From Ascidiella aspersa (taxonomy: Eukaryota): a DNA stretch of 64,000 nucleotides. Within the stretch, counting starts at the first letter, position 1; each line of letters starts with the position of its first letter. The notes under the pieces are model-generated. The model saw only the letters and a list, made by a program, of their open reading frames with translations, did not search any database and had not been told where the DNA came from. Location of the stretch: contig OZ004609.1 of the NCBI GenBank assembly GCA_963924565.1, positions 18,910,001 to 18,974,000 on the forward strand, read 5' to 3'. The translations under genes and the position numbers were made by a program. Below are positions 14,601 through 28,129 of the stretch, piece by piece.

Positions 14601-17600
14601 GTCGCTCCAGCAACATAATGGCCTCCGGAGGCACGTTTGGCTTGAATAAGTATTTATGCTAAGCACAACAAAAACAGGTTTGTGGCAAAAAATGCTGCTA
14701 ACACCGCCAACCTGACGTTAATTTTGTCCTATAAAGGACTACATATATAATTATTTATTTTTTGTAGTTTTCACTAGTTTGATTTTTAGCAATTTCAAGC
14801 GGCGTGCAAAGTTGGTCAAAATCCCATTCCTTGTTTTTTTTTTGCAGCTTCAATGTTGTTCATTCGGAATTTTATCAACAAAAAAACTTACAAAACACAT
14901 AGTGTCAATTTGAAAATGTAACCTAAACATAACATTCCCTACATGTATTTCACATACAGGAATGGACAGGATAGTAAGATTGTGGAACCCTTACGTTCCG
15001 CAGAAGGCCACTGGCTTGCTAAGAGGCCACAACTCGCCAATCGTCTTTTTGTCAATAGCTGGCGAGGATGGGAGACTTTTCAGTATTTCCGCCGACAAAT
15101 GTGTGAAGGTATTCCTTTACAAAGTGTTTCTTCGTAGAATAAATTTTATTTTTATTAGTTGAACGTAATAAGTTTCGGAGAGATTGGTTAGTGCCTTTAA
15201 ATCAGTGGATCGTAATCCAGATTCTCAGTGGTAGGTGGATGGCTGATAAGATTTTATGTATACCTTTTACATCCTTTGCTAAACATTTTTTTATTAAATT
15301 AGTGACTAACTGCTGGTCATCATATTACTACCCTATTTGGTGCCAACTTGGAGTTTGGTTGGATTTGTTTTAAATTGCGGTACTTTATGGAAAACGGTTA
15401 GCAAGTCCTATAGCTTATACAAGTTGAATGTACGAAATCCAAGGATAGACATGGAATGCCAGCAACAATTGCTTTTCGTTTTAGCTTGTTTCAGACGCCT
15501 AAACACCAGTACGTCGTACATTGCAGGTTTGGGATTTAATGGAGCAGAATTGTCTTGCGACGGTTAACCCGAAACTTCACAAGATAAAAGGTGACATCGT
15601 TACATGCGCTTACGCCCATCACTGCCGAGCCATCGCCATAGCAACCGACCAAATGTGTCTTTTGCGAATCACCCAAAAGTAATTAAAAATTCGTTATTTT
15701 ACTAGAAATTTACACATTTAATACAAGTTTGTTTAAAAACATTTAACGTGCTCAAATATTGGATTTCACATTTAATACATTGTGTACCATGCCCGGGCTG
15801 GATATTGACATCAACGTGTTTGGTAAATTTGTTTTTCAGTTTATTTTGAGAGACAATGTACTAGTTCTATTAAACACAACATTTTTAAATCACATTTTAC
15901 TGCAGACATGGTCAAAAGATGCCGTCAAATTTGGCATCGCGACTTAGGATGTAAGTGCACGTGTGACATTCTGGCTTGAATTTTCGTTTGTGGTGTCAAC
16001 TTCGTGCTTGTTTTATCTTTAATGTTCACTTTTAATGTGTAAACATTTAAATTGGTGTCCATCAGGCAACTTGTTAAAGATGGAGCTGGAGAGAAATAAA
16101 ACTTTAAAAAGTTAAAAATCAGCTTATCTTTCATTGAACTTGCATTCGGATATAACAATATAACAACAAAATTAATTAAATCTGGTTGCTTACAGAAAAC
16201 AGTATTAGGCCTTAACAATGAAAATTTACTTCGCCTTTTTTGTTTGTTTGACTGCCGTGTGATATTTTTCGTGTTTTTTCGTTTTTAGCATTGCGCCTAA
16301 GTGTACAGTTGTATCTGACTTTCGATGTGTGAGCAACTGAGCTACCTTTTATCCATTAGATTGTGGTTTTCAGGGCAAAGCTGGCGGGCGAAATGTCGGT
16401 GACTCACAGTGAAGCAGTTACCTGCTGCGCTCACAACCCAAGCTTTGGTCACGTTATCACCTGCTCGGAAGGATCGGTAAGATTTCAAATTAGGTCGGCC
16501 ACTTCTGGCATTCTAAAAACTTTCTGGCATTCTAACTAAACAGAATTGCTGAGGGTTAGTTCGCTACTTGAAAGCAGTAAGTGTCAGTGCCATTTTCCGC
16601 GCAAAAAACACTGTACCAAGAATTATAATCGTGTTTGAATCCAAAAGGCCTTGCTTGTTAAATAGGTTTGTTTTACATGGAAATTTAAACAACATTTGTG
16701 TTTTTAACTGGGCCAAAACAAACTTGCTTTGCAGAACCTGTAAGCGCACTGGTTATGTATATCAGGACAGACCACTTGGATGTATTATTTGTTAACAGGT
16801 TGTTAAGCTATGGGACTTCGAGACTGGCACTTTTATGTTCGAGTTTAACAAAGCTCACGGCGACAGTGCCATCACGAGCCTTACGTTCGACTCATCCGGT
16901 CGCCGGCTTATCACTAGTGGGCGCGACGGAGCGGTGCGGATGTGGAACTACAACAACGGACACTGCCTGAGGTCGCTGGAAAGAGGTGTGGGTTATAAAA
17001 CGTTCTTTGGTTACGTATCATCAGCGTCCCGTAAACGTAGTTAATAAAATTGAAAATATAGCCTCAATAAGCGAGCATGCAAACAAACACAGTAATATAT
17101 GTCCATATTTCAAATTAAACCACTTTTCTCAAGTATAGCAATGAATTTTACCGGAAATGCTTTTAGCTTCATCAAAGTTTGTTTAGCAAACTTGAAATTG
17201 TTTAGGTCCGCCGTTCCAAGTCATCAAATTTAAAATCATCAAGAAACACCAGATGTTAAACCATTGGAGTTGGTCAACTCATTTGCTGCCGAGCAGTATT
17301 CACATAGAAGCACAAAACTCAAAATATATCACAATAAGAATATCCATGCAGAAATAGGTATCATTTTAAACGATTCGAATAACAACAACGTTCCAAAACG
17401 ATACCTACTTCTGTATGGGCTTTGATATTCTTATTACGTCTTATTAAAACCTTCAACCATTTTAGTCCAAAATATGTAGAAATAGGCAACTTTTACCCAA
17501 CATACAGACACGATAGAAAAACCTTCAAATTATGTTTTGTAACCAAGCTGCCTAATTCCAGTTTAAAATCTATACCAAATGTTTATAAACCAAATTTATT

Positions 17601-20600
17601 GTAGTTTTGCCTAAATCAAGATATTGCTATTTACTGGTAAGTTACAACATTATATTTTACCTTCTTATAAACTTTTTGCAGAGAATTGTACCTACGAGGT
17701 ATCGGATTGCGCATACGTCCAAATGAACAAGAACAGATACGTCATTGCTGTCGGTTGGGATCACAGAATAAACATTTTCGCGGATGAGACCGACTTCTTT
17801 CATCACGTTCAAAGGCCTTACCCGCATTGGCCGGATGATCTAGTAGGCTTTTAATTTTTTGTCTTGGGTTGGCATTAGGGTTGTTTAAAGTAAAATCCTA
17901 GGGAATTCTAGAATATTATGTATCGCATCCAGATAAACGAATCCAGAATATCAAACCCATAAAAAAAAAACATGCAACATGATGCAAGTACCACGTTGCC
18001 ATAACTTAATGTTTTGCTTATGTATGTTTATAGGGAGTGAAATGCAACACTGAACTCTTTAGAAAATTCAGTCCATTTTTATAAAACAATATTGTGTTTT
18101 AGTTCTAATTTACAACCAAACGTCTGTTTTACCGTCAAATATTGTGCTGCAAAAAATACAAAGTTACTAGGTTTACTTTCAGTAATGCGTAACCAAGTAA
18201 TGCGTTTACAGTTACACTTCGCAGAACCTCGCTGAATATAGACCTTAAAGTTGACCTTGGTGGCTAACGCCCTTTTCGATAGAAAGTTAAACTTCCAATT
18301 TAATTCATTAAAGCAAATTACAAAATATATATTTGGCATTCGCCGCTCGCCTAATTAATACTTGATTGACACTTAATAATTAGGCGAACGTTGTCGGAAA
18401 GTAATTGGTCGCCCGAAAAAACGTTGGTTTTAAAGAAAGCACTATAATAGCTTTTCCACAGCGACAGGCCTTTAATTAAACATGTCACTTGCGTAAGCAC
18501 AATTAGGTACAACTCTCCGCGACTGCCAACTAATCAGCACTAGCCTGGAAGAAATAACACTCGTCAAAAATTTCTCCATGTTGTCTGAAAATTTCAGTCC
18601 TACCAAACTGTTTTCTTTAATTTACCCGCCTTACTTTTTCCGTATGATACATAGTTCTTAAACGTCAAACATGGATGGTCAAATGGATTTCGCATGGGAC
18701 CGTTACGATTGCTGCTTAAAATAACTATCATTTAAAAACGTTTCATACATTTTGTTCTACCGATACTTGAATATTCCAACAAAGGATATCTGTAAAAACA
18801 ATAACACAGTTAACGGCAATTTTCGTCCGATTATTATTTTACTCAGTCACCCTGCAAAATTGATATATAGAGAAGAGGTCACACGGAGGATATCGTTTCT
18901 GTTACGTTTGGATCTCCCAACCTGCTAGCGACGGTTTCCTACGAAGGACTTATCATCGTTTGGAACATCATTTCGGGTCATATTATCAGCCGTATTCCCT
19001 ACCCTACGAACCGGTAAGATGCTTCACACAGCACTAAATAAGTAGTTGCGCCTTGTACCAAAACAAATTTTGTCTAGCGAGTGGGGGTAAATCGAAATAA
19101 AGATATGTTTCTCGCATGTTAATGGAGTTGTTTGTGTTTGCAGGTTACCTAATCTTGCGAGCAAAGATCCAACTTTCGATGACGAACTTACTGAAGGTAA
19201 ATACACAGCTTTTTACAGCTCTATGTTTGTTTTTTGCAAAATTTTTGCAAAGGTCAACAACCTATATATATCCCCACAAATGAGCGAAGGTGCTGCAGTT
19301 GCGAAATAGTAGTACGAAGCTCGCAATTAACAAGCTTGAAATAGGTTTCTGGTCACTCAGTAGACTCTTTTCTAATTGTTTTGTAATTTACCTATGTTGA
19401 TGGAAAACGATTTTTTTCACTAATTTATTAATATGGTTTTATAAAGCTGAGAATAAGTAGCGTAGCTGATACTGCCAAAAGACAATTTAAGACATCAGTT
19501 TCTGCACGGTTAATTATAAGACAAAACCTCTACCACCCAAGATTAATAAGCGTGTCTCAAGATTTTTTTTTCTTCTTCATTAAAATATGATCAGCAAAAC
19601 AGCATTTTGGGGATTTCAGTTCATTTAGCCGTTTGCAGTCGTCATAGTGGTGAGCGTCCAATTCAAATCTAACGGAATTTTAAATCAAGTCGACTCTCCG
19701 GGTTGGAGCTAAATGTGATCGTATCATCACTTTAAAAATAATAATTTATTGCTCAATTCAGACGAAGACGAAGGAAAGCAAGCGGTCAACAAGATCGCCT
19801 TCATACCTGCCCGACTTGCGCGCAAAGACAACGCCGCCCTCGTCGCCGGTTGCTCGGACGGCTCCGTCATCCTCTGGGACCCGCAATCCCGCGTGGCCCA
19901 CGCTAGGTGGCGTGCGACGCGACGCAGCGCCGCGGTTTGCGCCATGGCCGTGTCTGAGGACGGCAGCGAGCTGTTCGTCGGCGATCACTTGGGTTTGTTT
20001 CGAGTTTTAAAAGCATTAAGTTTTGATTCATCTGCATGTTTGTGGTATATGCACAGTTTTGTTAAGTGTTTAGGAAATTACTGAAAATCACAGTCAAACC
20101 ATTATCAAAGCAACTTATGTCATGTTATAGGAAAAAATAGCAAGTGGAGTCCCCGTACAAGTCATTGTCACAGCAGGTCAAGTAATATTAATCGAAATAA
20201 TATGCTGAATTATTAAAATTGGTAAAATCTTATAATTATTATTAGCCATATTTTCATTTAAAACAATAAAAACGTGACGTGACTGTTTCACAAGGAGTGA
20301 TTGGGGTTAATCACTAACCAAATTTATTTAATAAAAATGCCCACGCGATTTAAGTCTAAGTCAAATCATAAGTTAAGTAAAGTCATTAAGTCATTGCAAT
20401 ACTGTATATGCGTTATATCGGGAACACACAATAAGACCTACAAAGCAACAATATTTAAAGCAAAATAATCTATAATACCATAACATTAAGATCAACGACC
20501 TAATAAAGCCAAATTCGTAGTAATATCCACGACAGAATAATATGTATAAATCGTCTGAATATTACCTAAACCTGTCAGATTAAGTCATAAATCACTAAAA

Positions 20601-23600
20601 TAACGCCTTAAACTGCACAGAGAGAGGGTATGGGACGAACGGGGGTCGTCAGGCTGGCATCGACCATTTTGGTGTCGACGTTTGGGCGCCCTAGTTTAAA
20701 CGGCGCCGTTAGGGGTTAGGTAAAAGGTTGTATAGGCCAGACCATTTAAATCCGACGGATTTAGGACTTATTCTGACTTTGACGGTTTTACGACTATTAT
20801 ATGTTTTATAGTTTTATTTTGATCTTATTCCGAATAAGTTTTTTTTTCGACGTTGATGTTGTTCGTATTTCGGTCTTGTGGCTGAAGTCCGTTATTTCAG
20901 TAATTTCCCTGTGGTACTTCAGCAGTTTTAGACAATAGTCGTTGCCAGTGCAGCCTGTCGCCGTCGTAAGTATTTTTAGGCCATATAACTAGTATCAAAA
21001 CACGAAAAACCTAAACTCTTTGAACATATTAGTGTCCTTTCTCTGTATCGTACACTTAGCCCTAAACGAGTTTGTTTATTTGGAATAATGACACTAAAGC
21101 TCAGGGGCAGGCCAGGCAGAAAATTTGCACCACGCTTCTACGTTTGTTGGTTATGCAGAAATATGCTTCATTGTCGCTTGACAAAAATGCGTATTTCATA
21201 AACGTAATTTTCACCACCTCACAATCTTCGCCCGCCACAGGGTTCGTGAGCATATGGTTCATCGAGAAATACGCCATCAAACCACTTCGAGATCTGGGCG
21301 GCCTGACGTGTCCTAACGTCTCGATACCGCCGTCACGCGTCGCCTACTGGCGGTGTCACGTGCAACCGATCTCGTGGCTTCACTTGGTCGAGTCACATGA
21401 CGTCATTCTTACCGCTTCGCCGGACTTCACGTCGAGAGTGTGGACGACCGATGGGCTTTTTATTGGTGAGGCGATCACATGTGCAGGGCAGTTCGCTAAC
21501 TTTCGGGATATGTTTTAAGCCTATTTCATGTAAAAGAATATACATGCAAAACCGATTTCAGCGAATTTAATTCTTCGAAGTGAAAATGTTGGACACTTCC
21601 GAAGTCTGAATACTTCTGAACTTGGGAACGATTCGTTTCGATTTGTAATTCATAAATTGTTTAATAAAGCCGCAACACATATTTTGTAAATTTTCATTAT
21701 CGTTCTAGTCGCTCTTAAATAACTAATACATCATCTTACTTGATTCAACTAGGTAAGAAATAATAAGAGAGAAAATACTACTGTATTTAAAGTTGCGTGA
21801 TCGTCGGTTGTTTTTTGCAGGTTCATTCGGCCAGTCGAAACCGTGGGACGTCCATGATCCATCCACCTGGCAACATCCTATGGTTCCTCCTGAAGTTCTA
21901 CTGGATCCGCTTAGTATGCCAGATCACGAGATCCTTAAGGACAGCAATAGGGTATAGTTTATTCTAGGGCCTAACAACTTTTATATAATGTTTTCTTATA
22001 GGTAAACGTTGAACAATTTTTTCTGGCCACCTTGTTTCAACATGTTTAAATCGTGTCCTGTTGTCCAGTGGTTCCAAACCTTTTGGTTTCACGACCCTTT
22101 TCAGTTTTTGAATACTTACCCGGCCCACACATTTTTTTTGAAAATGTTTTTTATGATTTAAGTTTGGAACATGGTGTTACACATAGTTCAACTTTGCTTA
22201 AATGTTAAGTGTCACAAAACGGGCATTCCGGTGTTCTTACGGTCTGAACAGTTTAATTGACTATATTGTTTAACCTGTAAAGGTGATAATTGTTGAATTA
22301 AACTGTAAGGTTGCGTCATGAAACGAAGAACCAATATTTGTTAGTTTTCTTTATTCGTTGTTTAATATAGCTTTTATTTAGTACGATAGCTCGGAAGACT
22401 CCGACGAGGAAGGTGAGGATAACACTTCGCCAGACATTAAAAGCTCTAAACTCAGTGCAAAGCCCCGGGGGAAAAAGGAAAGGAACTCAGTGGGAAGATC
22501 TTCTAAATTGGTTTGGTTATTTGCCGTTTGATTTAATTGCGTTGTATTTTAAAGGTGGTTTACCCGTTTGCTTTTTTTCTGATCGTTTATATAGTTTCAC
22601 AGCGGCGGTGCCAGTGACGAGTGGCGACGTCGCCTGTCGCGTCGCTTGTCGCGTAGCGCTCTCATCACCGACGTGAACTTCTTCAAACGCGACGAAACGA
22701 AGATGCTGGACGAAGTGCGTCAGAGCATGAAATCGAGCTCGGGAAAACGGTAGTGTTTTAAACGTTTTATTTATTATTTTATTTGGTTTTACTAATGTAT
22801 TTGTTATTAATTTAAACTTACCTGCTGATTTCTTAAGTTGTTGTTTTTCGTACATTGTGTCTAATATTTTTTTGTGTTGTTTACTCGTTTCATTGACTAC
22901 AGAAGTGCTTTTCAACCTTTAAAATTTTCATCCGCACGAAACAAGCACAGTGAGTTTGCAACCTTTAGTTTTATATGTGAAATAACAACGAACGGGTTTT
23001 AAGCTGCAATGAACCACTATACGAGATTAAATTACTGTACGCATGTAACGCATGAGTGGGCGCACCAGCTTATCAGATTATTGTATTACACGTAATGAAA
23101 ACTAATAACACGCAACATTTTCATCCGCACATTCATCAGCACGACGTTTGTCATCCGCATTACATTTTTTATCCGCACAAGTGCGTACCATCCCACGGGT
23201 TGAAAAGCACTGGACTACAGTATCCACTATACATAATACATATCCATCCTAATTGTCGTGATCCGCCAAGTACCCCTAATGCAGTGCTTCTCAACCTTTT
23301 TTCGCGGCGACACAAAATATTAAGCGTAAGTATGACGACTAAGCTTTTTTTTTTCTGGCAAGCAAAATAAAAACTAGCTTCTAAACATAGGCATTAGCAT
23401 AAAAAATTTCCAATTTTAATATTTATTCTAAGACATTATTTGTATTGCTTCCTTAATTTTGTTAATTGATAAATGTGACTACTGCAGTCGGCGACCCAAC
23501 CAAATCATACAGCGACCCAATTTTGGGTCGCGACCCATAGGTTGAGAAGCACTGCCCTAATGGATAACCTTTATTAACAACCTTCGATTGCCACAGCTTA

Positions 23601-23786
23601 CGTCATGAAAAGCTGGTCGCTCAACAGCGCCACTTGCGGACGTCTCATGACACCTCTTCGCACGCCTTCCAATCACTGCAGTACTTCGAACTTGCAGAGC
23701 CACCCGATGAAGTGGACCGACCTGACCCTTCAGCCTACATTGACGACGTTTTCCAGTCTGACCGTAGCGAGAAGGTCGACGCTTAA
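8675..23786 (+). CDS. EF-hand + WD40 repeat protein, WDR49/CFAP337/WDY-like family (~25 exons)
   Basis: ATG 8675. EF-hands EADTDGSGTLDIDEF (exon at 10095) and LFMKIDSSSDGEIDW-DEFCTYMQLEY (10258, 10485). WD repeats: KGVKTFDFC..MASGGMDRIVRLWNPY, LRGHNSPI, AHGDSAITSLTFDSSGRRLITSGRDGAVRMWNYNNG, VGWDHRINIF, GHTEDI, WRCHVQPI..ILTASPDFTSRVWTTDGLFIGSFGQSKPW. C-terminal GKRLRHEK; stop TAA 23784-23786. Exact paralog not determined. Confidence 0.85.
12087..12450. mobile_element. Inverted pair of Penelope-like (Neptune-type) 3' termini/pseudo-LTRs in an intron
   Basis: Arms ~12087-12225 and ~12295-12450 are diverged reverse complements (GACAAATTGTATTT..CAACCGTGCTTCATCAGGTCAA vs TTGACCTGATGAAGCACGGTTG..AAATACAATTTGTC). 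Each contains a hammerhead motif followed by AAATA..TTTGTC..GTGCCAC, resembling Neptune-type PLE ends. Confidence 0.7.
12360..12399 (+). ncRNA. Minimal type I hammerhead ribozyme
   Basis: Stem I TTTGAC/GTCGAG; core CTGATGA (12366-12372) plus an extra A; stem II GCAC-GGTT-GTGC; GAAA (12386-12389); palindromic AGCT stem III; NUH = CUU with predicted cleavage after 12393. Confidence 0.75.
12576..12917. mobile_element. Non-autonomous hAT (Buster/Charlie-like) MITE
   Basis: TIRs CAGGGGTTGTTAAAC / GTTTAAGAACCCCTG; 8-bp TSD TCGTAGAG / TCTTAGAG; subterminal GGACCCC repeats. Confidence 0.8.
20420..20890. mobile_element. Non-autonomous DNA element with GGGAACACACAATAA terminus
   Basis: Colinear in reverse with 27279-27900; a third, more diverged copy lies at ~34430-34812. 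Confidence 0.7.
22903..23212. mobile_element. hAT MITE
   Basis: TIRs (A)AGTGCTTTTCAACC / GGTTGAAAAGCACTG; perfect TSD GACTACAG; internal CATCCGCAC repeats. Confidence 0.85.
23282..23554. mobile_element. hAT MITE
   Basis: TIRs CAGTGCTTCTCAACC / GGTTGAGAAGCACTG; perfect TSD CCCTAATG. Confidence 0.9.
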
Positions 23787-25717
23787 CGTCTTATTTGGTC
23801 GTTTTGTGATTAGATTTTTGTTCACACGTATTTCCGCCATACTCTTTACTACTTGATGCTTTGTGAAGTTGCACAACGTTTATGCCGATTGCCTACACGC
23901 CAAGTTACCTAAACTTGTATCGTTTTTTAGTCTTTACGCGCGCTTTTGAACGAATTTGTCTGTAAACACTGTGAAGCCTCTTGCTCGTTTTATCTTTTAG
24001 CCATTACTTGCCTAAACACCTCACACTCCATGACCCAACAGTCATGTGCATAGAACTTAAATATAGTTTAATAACTGTTCCGTTCCTTCCTACATTGCCC
24101 CGACTGTTATAAAACCCTGTTCTGTCCCCGAGGTTTTTTGCTTTGATAATCACTGAAAAAATGCCCCACTAGAGGAAATTTGCAAAGTAATAAATAAATA
24201 CCGTTGTTTTTGGATAATACTGTTTTACCTGTTTTATCAGCCACAATGTAAACGATGTGCTTTAGGGTTACATGTTCAAGCGGTTTTATGTATTTTTTTG
24301 CAGAAAACATGCCTTTAATTCAGACTTTTAAACATAATATTTAAACAAAAGTATGAAGTAAACATAGTTCGCATATTATTTTGTTATATTTTATCTTGAC
24401 TTATTAAAGCCTTTCGACGACACCGCAAGTGTACCTTGATTAGTGCTAGAGCCAGAACGTAAATCACAGGTATTTATGCTAATGTAAGTGTGTATCTATA
24501 CAAAATTAAGTTGCCCGACCTGGGTTGGCAATTATTTTTTATAAAGTTGCGTGGGCGAACAAAAGAATATGCTGATATGGCTGGTTGCTGACTTATTTAA
24601 CCCTGAATAAATGTGCTATACCCTAGACCAGTGGTTCACAACACGTTTTCAAGGCGACTCTTAAAAAAATCAGTTTTGAAAATCTCGCCACCCAAGCAAA
24701 CTGTCGTCATATTTTAAACGCCATACAAGATTGCGTTGCAAACAAACAGCACTACAAAGACTTTTTTCAAAAATAATATGTTTATCAAATCACTAATGAG
24801 ATAGCTGTGCTCGCTTTCTGTCAGTGAGTTTACTACATTGTAGGATCGTTTTGCCATTCGTTTCGTAAGCCTAATAATGGTTCTACGAACAAGAACATGC
24901 TATAAAGTTTTCCGATGTCTCGACATGAAACGCTTCATGACTTGTATTTATAGTTTCCAGTTTTGTGATCCCTTCACGTTTAAATTTATTTTGTTGTTAC
25001 TTTTTTCGCCCAAGATACAATATGCCTTAAAAGGGAGCGACCCCCCCCCCCCCAAAAAAAAGTTCTTACACACATTATTCGTTAAAACAGGGGTGCGCGT
25101 GTTTAGACAAAATACAAGCGTTAGCGGCCGTACGATTAGTACAAACTTTTGTCCACTTGCGGAAATTGGTATTTTGAAACTGATCAAAGACTATATATAG
25201 GCAGGGTTTTTATGTTATAGGCCAGGCAGACATCAGCCTAAAATTGTGATCATCAATTAGCTCAGAGCCTTGAGCGGACATTATTTTTATGTGCCTAATG
25301 TCCATTTTGGTAAACTTAAATTTAATGGTTTTATGACGTCACTCTATGACATAACTTTCTGTAGCGTCATCTATAAAAATGTTCTACTGACGACCGTAAG
25401 AAAAAAAATGTTAATGCGGCTGTAAATATCTAAAAGGTGTTAAAATTATTAACGCCCAATACTATATCCACAGAGATTAACAAATAAAAGATAACATTTG
25501 CAAAACGGAGTCAAGAGACCATTACTAAAACCGAAGTGCTTTAACTGGGATTAAATCCTGCCAGTCAAGATTCCTTTTAGCTAAGATTATTTATTACCAA
25601 AGATGTGCACTGGATTAATAAGCGGCTTTTTAGATTAACAAAATGTATTTCGGAATAATTTAGGTTAATCGTCGTGTCGTACGTATAGGGCGATTTTTTG
25701 TCCGTCTATGTCAGTGG

Positions 25718-26201
25718 CAGGGCTTTGGAGCCGGAGCTTGGAGCCGGAGCTTGGAGCCGGAGCCCCGGAGCCGTACATTTTTAACGGAGCCGGAGCTCCA
25801 CGTGAAATTTAAATGGAGCTGGAGCCAGTTTGTTGAAAAAATAGCTCCGGCTCCGATGTATTTCATAAAATGCTATGCCACTAACCTTCCACTAATTGCT
25901 GAATTCACATAATTTAACAGCAACTCTTCACACAATTAGGAATTGTTGCCTCTTTGGCGCACCTTTTGTAACTAACCATTGTGGTGTTTCGTTTGTGAAT
26001 ATTTTGAAACGCTAGATATTGCAAATTAAGCGTTCAGCATTAAACCTCAGTTTTTGATGTAATGGATATGGAGTTTTTTGACGTAATGGAGTCGTGGTAT
26101 CAATAAGCTCCGGAGCTGGAGCTGGAGCTAACCTATGATAAAAGAGAGCTCCGGAGCTGGAGCCGGAGCCGTTTAACATTTACGACTGCTCCAAAGCCCT
26201 G
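25718..26201. mobile_element. hAT MITE with GGAGCC/GGAGCT subterminal arrays
   Basis: TIRs CAGGGCTTTGGAGC / GCTCCAAAGCCCTG; TSD GTCAGTGG at 25710-25717 and 26202-26209. Confidence 0.9.
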
Positions 26202-26438
26202 GTCAGTGGTTCTTACTCTTTTTTCTTTCGTGGCCCATTTACGTTGCAAAAAAATTCTGTGGCCCAATCAACTTTTATGAAAGAAAAAACTGTAAAATAG
26301 CATTAGAACAAACACAGCAGATAAATTCCTCCCCAAGCCATTATTCCTGTAAAATTAAATAAAGTGACACAAATGAAACTTAATCTAGCTTTTAAAATTG
26401 GTCTGTGGCCCACCTTAAATGTTCTTATGGCCCACCAG

Positions 26439-28129
26439 CAGGGCCGGATTAAGGGTACTGTAGGCCTAAGGCTAATTACCAGGAAAGGGCCTTATTTTGC
26501 AAACGAAGCTACAAAAAGTAGTAAAAATACATACATAAAAAATTGAAATTATTTACTGCAAAATAACACAAACATAATATAAACATGTAATAAATGTAAT
26601 TAAGTGTCATAGACTCATAGTGTAGAGGAGATGTGCAACCAGTGGATCTTTTGACGTTTTTGCATCTGCAGGTTTTATTTGCGTCATAAAATAGGATTTA
26701 AAGGTCGTAACGTAAAGTTTAATCTACCCTTCAATAGCATTTAACTCAAAATGTAAGAAGAGAAAAGTTGAATAAATGCACCTACTTTCTAATTATTTAA
26801 CAATCATTTATCCAATCTTGCCACTCGCAAACGTTCAATTATGCGTAAAACTTTGCGATAAAACGTAATAAAAGGATACAATATTATACTTTGAACATCC
26901 CCACTTGCGAGTAAATCAAAGATAACGTGTCAGAAAAATTAGTTACAATACGTTACAAGAAAGGTCATAATTAAAATCACAATTTAAGTTAACAGGCAAA
27001 TTTTATAAATAAAGACACTTGTGTAGTTGGGTTATGCAAACTACGACCTAGCTAGAGAGTTATACCCGTGCCCCCCCCCCCCAATGACCTCTCCGTGGTT
27101 AACGCGTTGCGAGCGTTAACGGTAAATTTCCTCGCTCCTAACCGAAAGCGTCAAAGTTGAACTGTTTCAACTTTCGAAACTTTCGAAAGCGTTTTTTTTT
27201 TAAACATGAACCAACCTTATGAATGATGTCATTGAAATCTTTTCAAACCTCTACCAACATCACTATCTATGCTTAAAAGGGACTCCAACCATAAGACCGA
27301 AATAAGAACAACATCAACGTCGCAATAAAACACACTTCTGAATAAGACCAAAATAGGACCAATACCTAATAGTCGTATAGTACCGTCTAAATTGAAATAA
27401 GTTCAGAATCCGTCAGAATAAGAAATAGCCAGAATCAGGCCTAAACAACACTTTACCTAACCTCAAACCTTACCCTTAAGTACATCACTAACTCCCCTAA
27501 TAATTTTAACCCCTACCCGCTTTTTAACCCCGCCCATTACCCATCAATAACCTCAAACAGGGCCAAACACCCAATGAAAAAACAGCGGCGCCTTAATGGC
27601 GCAGGTCAAACTAGGGCGTCCAAACGTCGTCACCAAAACGACCAATGTCAGACCTATCACAGCGCCCGACCCATACCCTCTCCCTACCGTTTTAGGCGTT
27701 ATTTTGGCAATTTAGGCAATATTACGATGAATTTCGGACTATTTTGACAGACTTAGGTGTTATTCAGACGATTTTGATCTTATTCTGCACTGGGTAGTAA
27801 TCTGCGTATTTGGCTTTATTATTTCATTGGTCTTAACTATCGGTTTATAGATATTTCTGCTTTAGGTATTGTTGCTTTTTAGGTTTTATTGTGTGTTCCC
27901 CTTAAAAGTGATAGCACATAACATAGATAGTTCTTTTTGCAGCATAAATGAAACGATTTATTTATCTACTCACACATAAGTATTGACTCGACTCAGTCAT
28001 TCGTTTTTAAGCAAAAATTGTACTGTACTGGTACTAGATCTGTATCACTATTAGCCTTACAAAAACTTAACCTTAAAAAATTGGGCCTAAGGCTATAGCC
28101 TTATTAGCTTATTGGTTAATCCGGCCCTG
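26439..28129. mobile_element. hAT non-autonomous element
   Basis: TIRs CAGGGCCGGATTAA / TTAATCCGGCCCTG; TSD CCCACCAG at 26431-26438 and 28130-28137. Confidence 0.9.
27279..27900. mobile_element. Innermost non-autonomous element (GGGA...TTCCC ends)
   Basis: Flanked by direct repeat CTTAAAA(G) at 27272-27278 and 27901-27907; homologous to 20420-20890. Confidence 0.8.

Noticed and set aside
25726-26170. GGAGCC/GGAGCT repeats as a CRISPR array or Gly-Ala coding repeat
   Set aside because: No spacers; they are subterminal repeats of a TIR/TSD-bounded MITE.
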